A DNA stretch of 64,000 bases. Source: Anaerolineaceae bacterium. GTDB taxonomy: Bacteria; Chloroflexota; Anaerolineae; Aggregatilineales; Phototrophicaceae. The stretch covers positions 372 to 64,371 of the forward strand of contig REDR01000073.1 in assembly GCA_007693385.1 (NCBI GenBank), in the 5' to 3' direction. The position numbers and the translations under genes were made by a program. The notes under the pieces are model-generated. The model made no database searches. It saw nothing but the letters and a program-made list of their open reading frames with translations, and had not been told where the DNA came from. This document shows, in pieces, positions 1 through 10,103 of this stretch (position 1 is the first letter of the stretch; every line of letters begins with the position of its first letter).

Positions 1-1185
1 TCCTAGTAGGTTTCCTAACACAGGAGCCAATGATCCGTCGGGTTGCATTGCTGGCTCCAATACATTATCGGCTAAAAATCCGGCGGTTAGCATGGCGATG
101 GGTAGTGTGCCCTGTGCGATGAAGCGGCGCACAGCGAAGACCTTCCCCTGCAAATCCGGCTCGACTTTCACCTGCCAGATGGCCTGATTGGAGGCGTTCA
201 TTACCGGCACAAAGAGCATGAACAGAAACGCGCCGACTGCCCAGACTAGCACATTCGCGCCTAACCCGATCACCGTTAATCCGAGTAAACCGGATAGCGA
301 CATCCCGATGAAGATACCGTGAACGCGCTCTCGTGGGCCGCCCCACGCGGTCATAATTAGTCCGCCAACGACACCGCCGACTCCCATCGCCGCCTGAACC
401 GTACTCAATGCGATTTCATTATTTCCAGTAGAAGCTAACACCATCGGCGCGATCATGACCAGTGCCGCCCCCGCCGATAAATTGATAGCGAAGAACATCA
501 TCTGTAAACCGAGTAAGCTAGGCCGCTTCAGGATATATGCGAAGCCGTACCATGTTTCCCTGACCAGATTGCTACGGGCGTCCAGTCCGGCCTGTGATGA
601 TCGTAATGCGGGGAACGCGACGAACGCGATAGCGACCACCGCGAAGGAAAACGTCACAATGTCGATCATCATTACCGTCCACAAGTCGAACATCACCAGT
701 ATCAAGCCGGCCAGAATCGGCGCGATGATCGTAGAAACGGACTCTGCTAGTGACATCAAACCATGTGCGCGGGCATAATGCGCTTTGGATAGCATCAGCG
801 TTGTTGTGGCGGAGAATGCAGGGAATTGAAACGACTCGAACAAGCCAGTGATTGCACCCGCCACATACAAATGCCATATCTCGATTTGTCCGGTGCTGAA
901 CAGGGTGAACAGCGCCACCGTGACCAGCCCCGCGCCTAGATTGCTCATTATCAACACCGTCTTGCGATGCCAACGATCAACCAGCGCCCCCGCTAGCGGC
1001 CCGAAGATCACCAACGGGCCGAAGCTAAACGCGCCAACCAGCGCCAACACTTGCGCCGATCCGGTCTGCTCGAAAGCCCAGATAGTGACGGCAAAGCGTG
1101 TCATGCCCGTTCCGATGAGTGAAACGAACTGTCCCAACCACAGGATGAGAAATCCACGAAAACCGGAACGATCGAATGTCGTCAT
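1..1185 (-). CDS. MFS transporter, partial (3' end lies beyond the left edge)
   Basis: Missing from the ORF track because no stop lies in the window. My reverse-strand translation from the ATG at 1185 reads MTTFDRSGFRGFLILWLGQFVSLIGTGMTRFAV...LVDRWHRKTVLIMSNLG... and stays open to position 1. Repeated hydrophobic helices and the D-R-W-x-R-K loop are typical of MFS (EntS/macrolide-efflux-like) proteins. Confidence 0.8.
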   Translation of the reverse strand, partial: MTTFDRSGFRGFLILWLGQFVSLIGTGMTRFAVTIWAFEQTGSAQVLALVGAFSFGPLVIFGPLAGALVDRWHRKTVLIMSNLGAGLVTVALFTLFSTGQIEIWHLYVAGAITGLFESFQFPAFSATTTLMLSKAHYARAHGLMSLAESVSTIIAPILAGLILVMFDLWTVMMIDIVTFSFAVVAIAFVAFPALRSSQAGLDARSNLVRETWYGFAYILKRPSLLGLQMMFFAINLSAGAALVMIAPMVLASTGNNEIALSTVQAAMGVGGVVGGLIMTAWGGPRERVHGIFIGMSLSGLLGLTVIGLGANVLVWAVGAFLFMLFVPVMNASNQAIWQVKVEPDLQGKVFAVRRFIAQGTLPIAMLTAGFLADNVLEPAMQPDGSLAPVLGNLLG

Positions 1186-1615
1186 GCCACTTCTACCTCA
1201 TGTTGTGCTATATTATCACGGTAAAGAGACTCCAAAATAATATGAATGAATCCTCCACAGAAAATAGCACGAAGTAAAATCCGGTAAGAATAAGGTGCCA
1301 ACCAACGCCAGCAACGCGGCATCGTACCAGCCCCTATAATGAAACTCGCTATGCGCTGACAGTATAACAAAGGCCGTTAACTTTTGGTACGCAGATAGCG
1401 TGGAGTCACCATGTTGGCGGCTATTTCGATGATCTAAGCCGGTCGTCGTCTCGCCCGTCCGGTTGATCGCTATGGGTGATAACCGTCATGCAAAACTACG
1501 GAACTTTAACATTATGACGCGCATGGCTTAACCTTTACACTGGAGTCAGGGGGAGTGTAACTGACTCCCGAAGCGTAAAAATCCTTGAAAATATATTTTG
1601 GAGATCGAATCTATC

Positions 1616-1852
1616 ATGAGCAGAGGGACTGTTTTAATCGACCAAGACCGGTGTAAAGGGTGTGACCTCTGCGTGGCCTTCTGTCCTCAGCAGTGTCTCG
1701 CGCTGGCTGATGACCGGCTGAATGCTAGAGGATACCATCCGGCGGGACTCATCAATGATGATTGTACCGGATGCGGCGTGTGCGCGGTTGTCTGCCCGGA
1801 CGCCTGCATAACCGTCATGCGTGAACCGCGTTTGAAACGGGGGGAACGCTGA
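1616..1852 (+). CDS. 2-oxoacid:ferredoxin oxidoreductase delta subunit (2x[4Fe-4S] ferredoxin-type)
   Basis: Two CxxCxxCxxxCP motifs ([24 protein letters not shown]). Stop lies 1 nt before the alpha-subunit ATG. The track ORF starts at TTG 1598; ATG 1616 follows GGAGA at 1600-1604, so the start is uncertain. Confidence 0.8.
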   Translation: MSRGTVLIDQDRCKGCDLCVAFCPQQCLALADDRLNARGYHPAGLINDDCTGCGVCAVVCPDACITVMREPRLKRGER

Positions 1853-1853
1853 A

Positions 1854-2912
1854 ATGACCAAGCAACTACTCAAGGGCAATGTCGCCATTGCGGAAGCCGC
1901 CGTTCGTGCCGGTCTGGAAGCCTACTTCGGTTATCCGATCACGCCGCAGACCGAATTGCTAGAGCATCTCTCGGCGCGGATGCCGGAACTCGGGCGGGTA
2001 TTTTTGCAGGCGGAAAGCGAAGTCGCGGCGATCAATATGCTGTATGGGGCGCTATCTACCGGCGCACGGGCGATGACTTCTTCATCTAGCCCGGGCTTCA
2101 GCCTGATGCAGGAAGGGCTATCGTACATCGCGGCTTCGGATATCCCGGGCGTGGTGGTCGATGTGATGCGCGGCGGGCCGGGACTGGGTAATATCTTGCC
2201 TTCGCAGGGTGACTATTTTCAGGTGACGCGCTCCGCCGGACACGGCGATTATCGGCCTATTGTGCTGGCTCCGGCTTCCGTGCAGGAGGCGATAGACTTC
2301 ACTGTGCTGGCGTTTGATCTGGCGGAGCAATACCGTCATCTGGTCATCATCGCGCTGGATGGCCTGATCGGGCAGATGATGGAACCGGCGGAATTGCCGC
2401 CGATGCGCGACATCAACACGCACCGCCCCGACTGGGCGCTGACTGGCGCGGAAGGTCGTCCTAAGCGGATGATCTCCTCATTGTATCTGCAAGCGGAAGC
2501 GCAGGAAGCGGTTAACCGGCGCACACAAGCCCGCCTCAAGATCATCAGCGAGAACGAAACGCGCTGGATAGAATACATGACCGATGATGCTGATTATCTG
2601 CTGGTGGGGTATGGCTCGGCGGGACGCATCGCGTACAGCGCGGTGCAGAGTGCGCGACGCGATGGCTTGAAAGTCGGCCTGTTGCGGCCGCAGACGTTGT
2701 GGCCGTTCCCGTCGGAGCGCCTGCACGAATTGGCCGGACAGGTGCGCGGTTGTCTGGTGGTGGAGATGAACGCCGGACAGATGCTCGATGATGTGCGTCT
2801 GGCGGTTAATGGTCGGGTGGCGGTTGATTTCTTCGGGCGGATGGGCGGCATTGTGCCGATGCCTGATGAGATACTTGGCGCTATCCAGCAGATGCAACAT
2901 GAGAGGATATGA
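1854..2912 (+). CDS. 2-oxoacid:ferredoxin oxidoreductase alpha subunit
   Basis: 352 aa. N-terminus [29 protein letters not shown] is typical of KorA/OorA/VorA-type alpha subunits. Sits between the delta and beta subunits. Confidence 0.9.
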   Translation: MTKQLLKGNVAIAEAAVRAGLEAYFGYPITPQTELLEHLSARMPELGRVFLQAESEVAAINMLYGALSTGARAMTSSSSPGFSLMQEGLSYIAASDIPGVVVDVMRGGPGLGNILPSQGDYFQVTRSAGHGDYRPIVLAPASVQEAIDFTVLAFDLAEQYRHLVIIALDGLIGQMMEPAELPPMRDINTHRPDWALTGAEGRPKRMISSLYLQAEAQEAVNRRTQARLKIISENETRWIEYMTDDADYLLVGYGSAGRIAYSAVQSARRDGLKVGLLRPQTLWPFPSERLHELAGQVRGCLVVEMNAGQMLDDVRLAVNGRVAVDFFGRMGGIVPMPDEILGAIQQMQHERI

Positions 2913-2915
2913 GCG

Positions 2916-3722
2916 ATGACAGCCGATATTAAATGTGACGATATGACCATCACTTATCAGCGTCCGGACGCCTTCACCGATGCCCACACGCACTATTGCC
3001 CGGGCTGTACACATGGCGTCGCGCATCGTCTGCTGGCGGAAGCGCTGGACGAATTGAACCTGCGCGAAAAGACGATACTAGTCGCGCCGGTGGGATGCGC
3101 GGTATTCATCGCTGATTACTTCGAGCTAGACGGCTGTATCGCGGCGCATGGTCGTGCGCCAGCGATGGCGACGGGCATCAAGCGTGTTCAACCGGATAAA
3201 GTGGTCGTGACGTATCAGGGCGACGGCGATCTGGCGTCCATCGGTGCGGCGGAGGTGATGCACGCGGCGGTACGCGGCGAGAACATCACGATTGTATTCA
3301 TCAATAACGCGATCTACGGGATGACCGGCGGCCAGATGGCGCCGACCAGCATCATCGGGCAGAAAACGACATCCTCCCCGCAAGGGCGCTCTGTGGTGCA
3401 GTCCGGCCACCCGATCCAGATGAGTGAACTGCTGGCGGGGCTGGCGGGTAGCGCGTATGTCGTGCGGCGGTCACTGCATGATGCCGCCAACATCCGCAAG
3501 GCGAAGAAAGCGATTTTGACCGCGCTCAAAGTACAGCAGGCCGGGCTGGGGTTCAGTCTGGTGGAGTTGTTGTCTACCTGTCCGACGAACTGGGGGCTAT
3601 CACCCATGGATTCGTTGGCGTGGGTTAAGACACACATGCTACCGATATATCCAGTCGGTGATTTCAAAGTGGCCGATGGTGTAAAAGAGGTGATGCGTGA
3701 TGGCGTCCGATCAAATTCATAA
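2916..3722 (+). CDS. 2-oxoacid:ferredoxin oxidoreductase beta subunit (TPP-binding)
   Basis: 268 aa. YCPGCTHG cluster cysteines and the TPP motif YQGDGDLASIGAAE...NNAIYGMTGGQ. Confidence 0.9.
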   Translation: MTADIKCDDMTITYQRPDAFTDAHTHYCPGCTHGVAHRLLAEALDELNLREKTILVAPVGCAVFIADYFELDGCIAAHGRAPAMATGIKRVQPDKVVVTYQGDGDLASIGAAEVMHAAVRGENITIVFINNAIYGMTGGQMAPTSIIGQKTTSSPQGRSVVQSGHPIQMSELLAGLAGSAYVVRRSLHDAANIRKAKKAILTALKVQQAGLGFSLVELLSTCPTNWGLSPMDSLAWVKTHMLPIYPVGDFKVADGVKEVMRDGVRSNS

Positions 3723-4287
3723 AGCGATTGTGTTCGCCGGATTCGGCGGGCAGGGGATCATGTTTATCGGTCAATTACTGGCGTATGCGGCGATGGATCA
3801 TGGTTATCATGTGACGTGGATACCCTCCTACGGCCCGGAGATGCGCGGCGGGACGGCGAATTGCTTTGTCGTGGTCAGCAGTGATCCTATCGGCGCACCG
3901 GTTGCCGCTTATCCGGATGTGGCGCTGATCTTTAATCGCCCGTCCTTCGACAAGTTCGAGCCACTGGTGCGTGATGGTGGCTTGCTGGTGGTCAACAGCT
4001 CGCTGGTCGAGCAACAGACCGCACGTGAGGCGCTGGACGTGGTGCGCGTACCGGCGACCAAGATCGCGTCTGCGGTTGGCTCCGAGAGGCTGACGAATGC
4101 TGTCTTGCTGGGCGCGATGCTGACCGTCGAGCCGATTTTGCCCATCACCGCGATTAACGCCGCGTTGCAGGCGCACATGCCCGCGCACCGGCGCGACGCA
4201 CTCGCCGCCAATATCGACGCGCTAGAACGTGGTAGCCAGCACGTCCGCAAGCAGAACCCGGAACTGCTGAACTCATTGTCGATCTAA
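3697..4287 (+). CDS. 2-oxoacid:ferredoxin oxidoreductase gamma subunit
   Basis: 196 aa. FAGFGGQGIMFIGQLLA...YGPEMRGGTANC is the characteristic gamma-subunit signature. Overlaps the beta gene by 26 nt. Confidence 0.85.
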   Translation: MMASDQIHKAIVFAGFGGQGIMFIGQLLAYAAMDHGYHVTWIPSYGPEMRGGTANCFVVVSSDPIGAPVAAYPDVALIFNRPSFDKFEPLVRDGGLLVVNSSLVEQQTAREALDVVRVPATKIASAVGSERLTNAVLLGAMLTVEPILPITAINAALQAHMPAHRRDALAANIDALERGSQHVRKQNPELLNSLSI

Positions 4288-4398
4288 CGCCTATATCGGA
4301 GCGATCCACATTATAATGAGATGAGCGGCGGACGCGGGTTAACGTGTTCGCTGGATAAAAATATTTTTATAAACTATTAAATAAGGAGGCGGAATTCT

Positions 4399-4908
4399 AT
4401 GCGAATTTCTACTGCGTCTCCCCCCAATGATGATAAGCGCTGGCGTATCGTGAATGCGACGATGCGGCGTCATGGCTATCAAGCACACGCTCTGATCGAA
4501 ACGTTGCACACGATCCAAGAGACGTTCGGCTATCTGGACGAGTCCGCTATGCGTTATGCGGCGGCTAGTCTGCATCTACCCCTCAGTCGCGTGTACGGCG
4601 TGGCGACATTCTACAACCATTTCATGCTCAAACCGAAAGGCGTGCATAGCTGTGTGGTGTGCGTCGGTACTGCCTGCTACATCAAGAACAGCAACCACAT
4701 CGTCAAGCAGGTGGAACGCGCCCTGGACGTGGTGACCGGCGAGACGACGGCGGACGGCAAGATTTCGCTTTCGGTGGCGCATTGCGTCGGCATGTGCTGG
4801 TTAGCGCCGGTGCTGTTGCTAGACGACGAAGCGGCCACTGACCTGACGCCGGAAAATACGGTGGATAAAGTGGAGGAGTGGGTGGCGTATGTCAACGAGA
4901 CGACCTGA
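4399..4908 (+). CDS. hoxE: bidirectional [NiFe] hydrogenase diaphorase subunit HoxE (NuoE-like [2Fe-2S])
   Basis: AAGGAGG RBS upstream. NuoE-like sequence with cysteines in CVVCVGTACY and HCVGMCWLAP. Immediately precedes the NuoF-like gene. Confidence 0.85.
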   Translation: MRISTASPPNDDKRWRIVNATMRRHGYQAHALIETLHTIQETFGYLDESAMRYAAASLHLPLSRVYGVATFYNHFMLKPKGVHSCVVCVGTACYIKNSNHIVKQVERALDVVTGETTADGKISLSVAHCVGMCWLAPVLLLDDEAATDLTPENTVDKVEEWVAYVNETT

Positions 4909-6571
4909 ACACAGACTGCCCGAAGACGAACTTGAATTGGTCAGCCAGCAAGAACAGGAAGCCAAGCAACAGTACCGGCATCATGTTTATGTGTGCGTGG
5001 GCGCGGCGTGTTTGTCCGCCGGTAGCGCCGACGTACAGGCGCGGCTAGAGGCGGAAGTCGCCGGACGCTCAATCGCGGGCGGCTGTGCGGTGCATGGCGG
5101 CGGATGTCGCGGGCTGTGCGTGGCCGGGCCGACGGTCACTATCGAGCCGGACAATGTGCTATACGGCCAGATCAAGCCGGACGATGTGGCCGACATACTG
5201 GACAATCTCGGCGGCCAGCCGGTTGAGCGCCTGCACCGTCCGACGGACAAGCCGTTTTTCATGCGGCAACAGCGCATCGTGTTGGAACTGGCCGGCAAGG
5301 TTAACTCCGAGCGCATTGAGGATTATCTGGCGAATGGCGGCTATACATCGCTGATTAAGGCATTGCACGAGATGACGCCCGCACAGGTCATCAACGAAAT
5401 ATCGCGCAGTGGCTTGCGCGGACGCGGCGGCGCGGGCTTTCCCACCGGCCTCAAGTGGCGCACCGTCGCCAAAGCCGAAGGCGATGTGAAGTATGTCGTC
5501 TGCAATGGTGATGAGGGCGACCCGGGCGCTTTTATGGATCGTAGCGTGATGGACGATTACCCCTTCCGCCTGCTGGAAGGAATCACCATCGCCGCGTATG
5601 CGGTGGGCGCACAGCAAGGCTTCATCTATATCCGCGCTGAATATCCGCTTTCGGTCAAGCGGGTGCAGAACGCGATCCGTCAGGCGCGTAAGATGAATTT
5701 GATCGGCGATCAGGTGGTGGGTACATCATTCAACTTTGACCTTAAGGTGCGCGTCGGGGCGGGTGCTTTCGTGTGTGGCGAAGAGACCGCTTTGCTGGCG
5801 TCCATTGAGGGGCAACGCGGTCAGCCGCGCCCGCGCCCGCCGTATCCGGCGACTTCCGGCCTGTGGGGGCATCCCACACTGATTAACAATGTGGAGACAT
5901 TCGCCAACGTTCCGGCCATCATCCGCAACGGTGCGGCGTGGTTCGCCGGGATCGGCACGGAGCAGAGCAAGGGCACGAAGGTCTTCGCGCTGACCGGCAA
6001 GATCGCGCATAGCGGCCTGATCGAAGTGCCGATGGGCATTACCCTGCGCGAGATCATCTACGACATCGGCGGCGGCATCCCGAACGGCAAGCGCTTCAAA
6101 GCGGCGCAAACCGGCGGGCCTTCCGGCGGTTGTATCCCTGAATCGCATCTGGATATTTCGGTCGATTATGAGGCGCTGGCCGAAATCGGCTCGATCATGG
6201 GTTCGGGCGGCATGATTATTATGGACGAAGATACCTGCATGGTCGATGTTGCCAAGTATTTCATGAAGTTCTGCATGGAAGAATCGTGCGGGAAGTGTAT
6301 CCCGTGTCGGGTGGGTACGGCGCAAATCTATCATCTGCTGGAGAAGATCACACAGGGCGCGGCGACGATGGCCGATCTTGAACTGCTAGAGGAACTGTGC
6401 GACGTGGTGAAGCATACCAGCCTGTGCGGACTGGGGCAGGCCGCGCCGAATCCGGTGGTTAGCACGTTGCGCTTCTTCCGCGATGAGTACATCGCCCACA
6501 TCGTAGACGGCCACTGCCCGACGGGTATCTGCCCTCTGCAGACGCCGCAAAACGCTATCGAAGAATCATGA
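4889..6571 (+). CDS. hoxF: diaphorase subunit HoxF (NuoF-like, NAD(P)H/FMN binding)
   Basis: N-terminal thioredoxin-like 2Fe-2S domain (VCVGAACLSAG...GLCVAGP), GLRGRGGAGFPTGLKW, CNGDEGDPGAF and ESCGKCIPCR motifs. Confidence 0.9.
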   Translation: MSTRRPEHRLPEDELELVSQQEQEAKQQYRHHVYVCVGAACLSAGSADVQARLEAEVAGRSIAGGCAVHGGGCRGLCVAGPTVTIEPDNVLYGQIKPDDVADILDNLGGQPVERLHRPTDKPFFMRQQRIVLELAGKVNSERIEDYLANGGYTSLIKALHEMTPAQVINEISRSGLRGRGGAGFPTGLKWRTVAKAEGDVKYVVCNGDEGDPGAFMDRSVMDDYPFRLLEGITIAAYAVGAQQGFIYIRAEYPLSVKRVQNAIRQARKMNLIGDQVVGTSFNFDLKVRVGAGAFVCGEETALLASIEGQRGQPRPRPPYPATSGLWGHPTLINNVETFANVPAIIRNGAAWFAGIGTEQSKGTKVFALTGKIAHSGLIEVPMGITLREIIYDIGGGIPNGKRFKAAQTGGPSGGCIPESHLDISVDYEALAEIGSIMGSGGMIIMDEDTCMVDVAKYFMKFCMEESCGKCIPCRVGTAQIYHLLEKITQGAATMADLELLEELCDVVKHTSLCGLGQAAPNPVVSTLRFFRDEYIAHIVDGHCPTGICPLQTPQNAIEES

Positions 6572-6583
6572 GGAGGTGCTGTT

Positions 6584-7297
6584 ATGTCAGGTGTGGTCAC
6601 GTTAAAGATCAACGGACAAGACATCGGCGCACACGACGAAGAATCGATTTTGCAGGCGGCGCTGGATAACGGCATCGAGATTCCCACGCTTTGCGATCTG
6701 CCCGGCCTATCGCGCATCGGCGCGTGTCGGCTGTGTCTGGTGGAAATTGCCGGAAATTCAAACCTCGTGCCTGCCTGCATCACGCCGGTGCAGGAGGACA
6801 TGGTGGTGACGACGGATTCCGAACGCTTGCAAGCGTACCGCCGCACCATCGTTGAACTGCTGTTCGCGGAGGGCAATCACGTTTGTTCGGTGTGCGTCTC
6901 TAATGGCGCGTGTGAATTACAAGATTTGGCGGAAACGCTCGGCATTGACCACCTGCGCCTGCCGGGTTTGCATCCGGCGCGGGAGGTCGATGCGTCACAT
7001 GAGCGCTTCATACTGGATCACAATCGCTGTGTGTTGTGTACGCGCTGTGTGCGCGTGTGCGATGAAGTGGAGGGCGCTCATACATGGGATGTGACCGCAC
7101 GCGGCATCGAATCGCAGATCATCGCTGATCTGAACGTCGCGTGGGGTGATTCCGAGAGTTGCACCGGCTGTAATAAGTGCGTGCAGGTCTGCCCGACGGG
7201 GGCGCTGGTCGATAAGGGGCGCTCTGTCGGGGAGATGCGCCGCCGCCGCGAGTTTCTACCCTACCTGACCATGATGCGGAAGGAGAACGGAAAATGA
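6584..7297 (+). CDS. hoxU: diaphorase subunit HoxU (NuoG N-terminal-like Fe-S protein)
   Basis: 2Fe-2S (GACRLCLVEI) and several 4Fe-4S motifs (CVLCTRCVRVC, CTGCNKCVQVCPTGAL). GGAGG RBS. Confidence 0.9.
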   Translation: MSGVVTLKINGQDIGAHDEESILQAALDNGIEIPTLCDLPGLSRIGACRLCLVEIAGNSNLVPACITPVQEDMVVTTDSERLQAYRRTIVELLFAEGNHVCSVCVSNGACELQDLAETLGIDHLRLPGLHPAREVDASHERFILDHNRCVLCTRCVRVCDEVEGAHTWDVTARGIESQIIADLNVAWGDSESCTGCNKCVQVCPTGALVDKGRSVGEMRRRREFLPYLTMMRKENGK

Positions 7298-7827
7298 CGC
7301 GAGCGAAGTTAGCCACCGTCTGGCTTGATGGTTGTTCCGGTTGTCATATGTCGTTTCTGGACATAGACGAGCGCCTGCTGGCGCTGGCGGAGAGCATCGA
7401 GCTAGTTTACAGCCCGCTAGTCGATAACAAGGTGTTTCCAGACGATGTAGACGTTACGCTGGTCGAAGGTTCGGTCAGCAATCAGGATGATCTGGACAAG
7501 ATACGCCACATCCGCCAGCGCACGCGCTTATTGGTTTCGCTGGGTGATTGCGCGGTGATGGGTAACGTGCCGGCTCTGCGAAACACCATCGGCGGCGATG
7601 CGGTACTGCGCCGCGTTTATCTGGCGCCTGACCTGACCAATCCGGCCATCCCGACGGCGGGCGTGCCGTCCTTGTTGCCGGAAGTGTTGCCGGTGCATCG
7701 CGTGGTGAAAGTCGATGTTTTCATCCCGGGTTGTCCACCGTCGGCGGAGGTCATCTTCTATGCAGTGGGAGAACTGCTAGCCGGACGCCAGCCGGATTTG
7801 ACCGATAAGACGCGCTTCGGCGCTTGA
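7294..7827 (+). CDS. hoxY: [NiFe] hydrogenase small subunit HoxY
   Basis: ATGA overlap with hoxU. LDGCSGCHMSFLD and the GDCA / PGCPP proximal-cluster cysteines. Confidence 0.9.
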   Translation: MTRAKLATVWLDGCSGCHMSFLDIDERLLALAESIELVYSPLVDNKVFPDDVDVTLVEGSVSNQDDLDKIRHIRQRTRLLVSLGDCAVMGNVPALRNTIGGDAVLRRVYLAPDLTNPAIPTAGVPSLLPEVLPVHRVVKVDVFIPGCPPSAEVIFYAVGELLAGRQPDLTDKTRFGA

Positions 7828-7864
7828 CGTGGCCTGAAGTGACTTGAAGTGAAAGGAAGAGCCG

Positions 7865-9277
7865 ATGACCAGACAAATCAGTATTGATCCGGTGACGCGC
7901 ATTGAAGGACACGCGAAGATCACCATTCAATTGGATGATAGCGGCGCGGTGAGCGATGCCCATTTCCATGTGACGCAGGTGCGCGGCTTCGAGAAATTCG
8001 TAGAGGGGCGGCCATTTCACGAGATGCCGTCGCTGATGGGGCGGATATGTGGCATTTGTCCGGTCAGCCACTTGATCGCATCCGCGAAGGCGTGCGATGC
8101 TCTGCTGGCGGTGACGATACCGCCACCGGCGGCTGATCTGCGCCGCGTGTTGAATCTGGCACAGATCGCGCAATCACACGCGCTGAGTTTTTTCTACCTG
8201 TCATCGCCGGACTTACTGCTCGGCATGGATGCCGACCCGTCACAGCGCAATATCTTCGGCGTGTTGCAGGCAGACCCGCAGTTAGCCCGCGATGGGGTGC
8301 GCTTGCGGCAGATCGGCCAGCAGATCATCGAGATATTGGCCGATAAGCGGATTCATCCGGGCTGGGTGGTGCCCGGCGGCGTCAGTCAGCCGCTAAACGC
8401 TGAAAAGCGCGACGCGATCATGGCGATGTTGCCGGAAGGCTTGACCATCGCCCGCCGCACGGTGGATTGGTTCCGCGATGTGCTGAAGAAGTATGAAGAA
8501 GAGATCGCCACATTTGCCAATTTCCCGACGTTGTTCATGGGTTTAACGACGCCGGAGGGCACATTGGAGATGTACGACGGCGGGATTCGCATCGTGTCGG
8601 CGGATGGCGAGCGCGTCGCTGACGGTCTGCGCGGCGACGACTACGCGACGTTTATCAATGAAGCCGTCGAACCGCACAGCTATCTTAAATCACCTTATTA
8701 TGCGCCTTATGGCTATCCCGACGGCATCTATCGCGTCGGCCCGTTGGCGCGTTTGAATATTGTGGATAGGCCGGGCACGCCGCTAGCCGATGCGGAGTTC
8801 GCCGCGTTTCGCTGGCAAGATCGCAATAGCTCATTTCACTATCACTACGCCCGCTTGATCGAAGTGATGTATTGCTTCGAGAAGATGGCGCAACTGCTGG
8901 AAAACGACACCATCATGGATGAGCATGTCCGCGCCCGTGCGATGCCCAATAGTCGCGTCGGAATCGGGGTGAGCGAAGCGCCACGCGGCACGCTGATGCA
9001 CCATTACGAAATAGACGCTGACGGCCTCATCACCCGCGCTAATCTCATCATCGCCACCGGACACAACAACCTCGCCATGAATCGCGGTGTGTTACAGGTG
9101 GCACAGCATTTCATCAAAGGTGAGGTGATACCGGAGGGTATGCTCAACCGTGTGGAGGCGGTCATTCGCACATTTGACCCCTGCTTGAGTTGTTCGACGC
9201 ACGCCGTCGGCAAGATGCCGCTACAGTTGCAATTGCTGACGCCTACGGGCGAAATCTTAGACGAATTGAGGCGATAA
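7865..9277 (+). CDS. hoxH: [NiFe] hydrogenase large subunit HoxH
   Basis: N-terminal RICGICPVSH and C-terminal DPCLSCSTH Ni-Fe ligand motifs, followed by a 24-aa C-terminal extension expected to be removed by HoxW. Confidence 0.95.
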   Translation: MTRQISIDPVTRIEGHAKITIQLDDSGAVSDAHFHVTQVRGFEKFVEGRPFHEMPSLMGRICGICPVSHLIASAKACDALLAVTIPPPAADLRRVLNLAQIAQSHALSFFYLSSPDLLLGMDADPSQRNIFGVLQADPQLARDGVRLRQIGQQIIEILADKRIHPGWVVPGGVSQPLNAEKRDAIMAMLPEGLTIARRTVDWFRDVLKKYEEEIATFANFPTLFMGLTTPEGTLEMYDGGIRIVSADGERVADGLRGDDYATFINEAVEPHSYLKSPYYAPYGYPDGIYRVGPLARLNIVDRPGTPLADAEFAAFRWQDRNSSFHYHYARLIEVMYCFEKMAQLLENDTIMDEHVRARAMPNSRVGIGVSEAPRGTLMHHYEIDADGLITRANLIIATGHNNLAMNRGVLQVAQHFIKGEVIPEGMLNRVEAVIRTFDPCLSCSTHAVGKMPLQLQLLTPTGEILDELRR

Positions 9278-9280
9278 GGC

Positions 9281-9748
9281 ATGAAGAAACAACTGGTTAT
9301 AGGTTATGGAAATCCTCTGCGCCGCGATGATGGTGTGGCGCATCATATCATCGAGCGGTTGCGCGAACAGACGCCATCTGATGCGCTGGAACTGCTCATC
9401 TGTCATCAACTGACGCCGGAATTAGTCGAGCGCCTGCACGATGTCGGGCGCGTCATATTGATCGATGCGCGGGAAGGGCGGCACGCTGGCGAAATTCTAG
9501 TCGAGCAAGTTTTCCCGACGGAGGTATTCGGCGCGTTCACGCATAACGTCACGCCGTCGTCTTTGCTGGGGGCGGCGCTGGAATGGTACGACGTGCGGCC
9601 ACAATGCTATATCGTGTCGATCACCGGCGCGGATTTTTCGATAGGTGAAGGCTTATCAGAGGCGGTAGCGGTAGCTGTGCCGTTGGCGGTTTCAGTCGTT
9701 GGTCGCCTGTGTGGACAAACAGAAGGAGCGATGTCTCATGACGCATGA
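9281..9748 (+). CDS. hoxW: hydrogenase maturation endopeptidase HoxW
   Basis: VIGYGNPLRRDDGVAHH N-terminus is typical of HycI/HyaD/HoxW proteases. Starts 4 nt after hoxH. Confidence 0.85.
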   Translation: MKKQLVIGYGNPLRRDDGVAHHIIERLREQTPSDALELLICHQLTPELVERLHDVGRVILIDAREGRHAGEILVEQVFPTEVFGAFTHNVTPSSLLGAALEWYDVRPQCYIVSITGADFSIGEGLSEAVAVAVPLAVSVVGRLCGQTEGAMSHDA

Positions 9749-10085
9749 ATTCAGCATTGTCGAGTCCTTGATGGTTGATCTGGTCGGGCAGTTGCAGTCC
9801 GCAGAGGTCGAGCAGGTGACCGAGATTCACTTCCGGCGCGGGAGCGCGTTCTCGGAGGATGCGCTCCGGCAGGCGTTCGACGTATTCTCACGTGATACGC
9901 CGCTACAGGGCGCGGAACTGGTCATCGAGACGGTGAATTTAGATCATCAGTGTGTGTGCGGACGCGAGCAAGTTATCACCAGCGATGATCTGATCGGCCA
10001 TATGTTCGTGTGTCCGGCGTGCGGCATGATGCGCGAAGTCGATGAGGCGCACGATTTAGAATTGCTGGAAGTGATCGCGGTTTAG
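9738..10085 (+). CDS. hypA: hydrogenase nickel incorporation protein HypA (non-canonical termini, see findings)
   Basis: Track ORF starts at 9699. ATG 9738 is preceded by AGAAGGAG (9721-9728) and gives MTHEFSIVESL..., matching the HypA N-terminus. C-terminal CPAC zinc motif. Confidence 0.85.
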   Translation: MTHEFSIVESLMVDLVGQLQSAEVEQVTEIHFRRGSAFSEDALRQAFDVFSRDTPLQGAELVIETVNLDHQCVCGREQVITSDDLIGHMFVCPACGMMREVDEAHDLELLEVIAV

Positions 10086-10103
10086 ACGGGCATCAATCAA
10101 ACG

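Noticed and set aside
1542-1568. Hairpin GGAGTCAG-11 nt-CTGACTCC in the OFOR leader as a riboswitch or attenuator
   Set aside because: It is a single short stem with no recognisable riboswitch core and no T tract, so there is too little evidence to call it.
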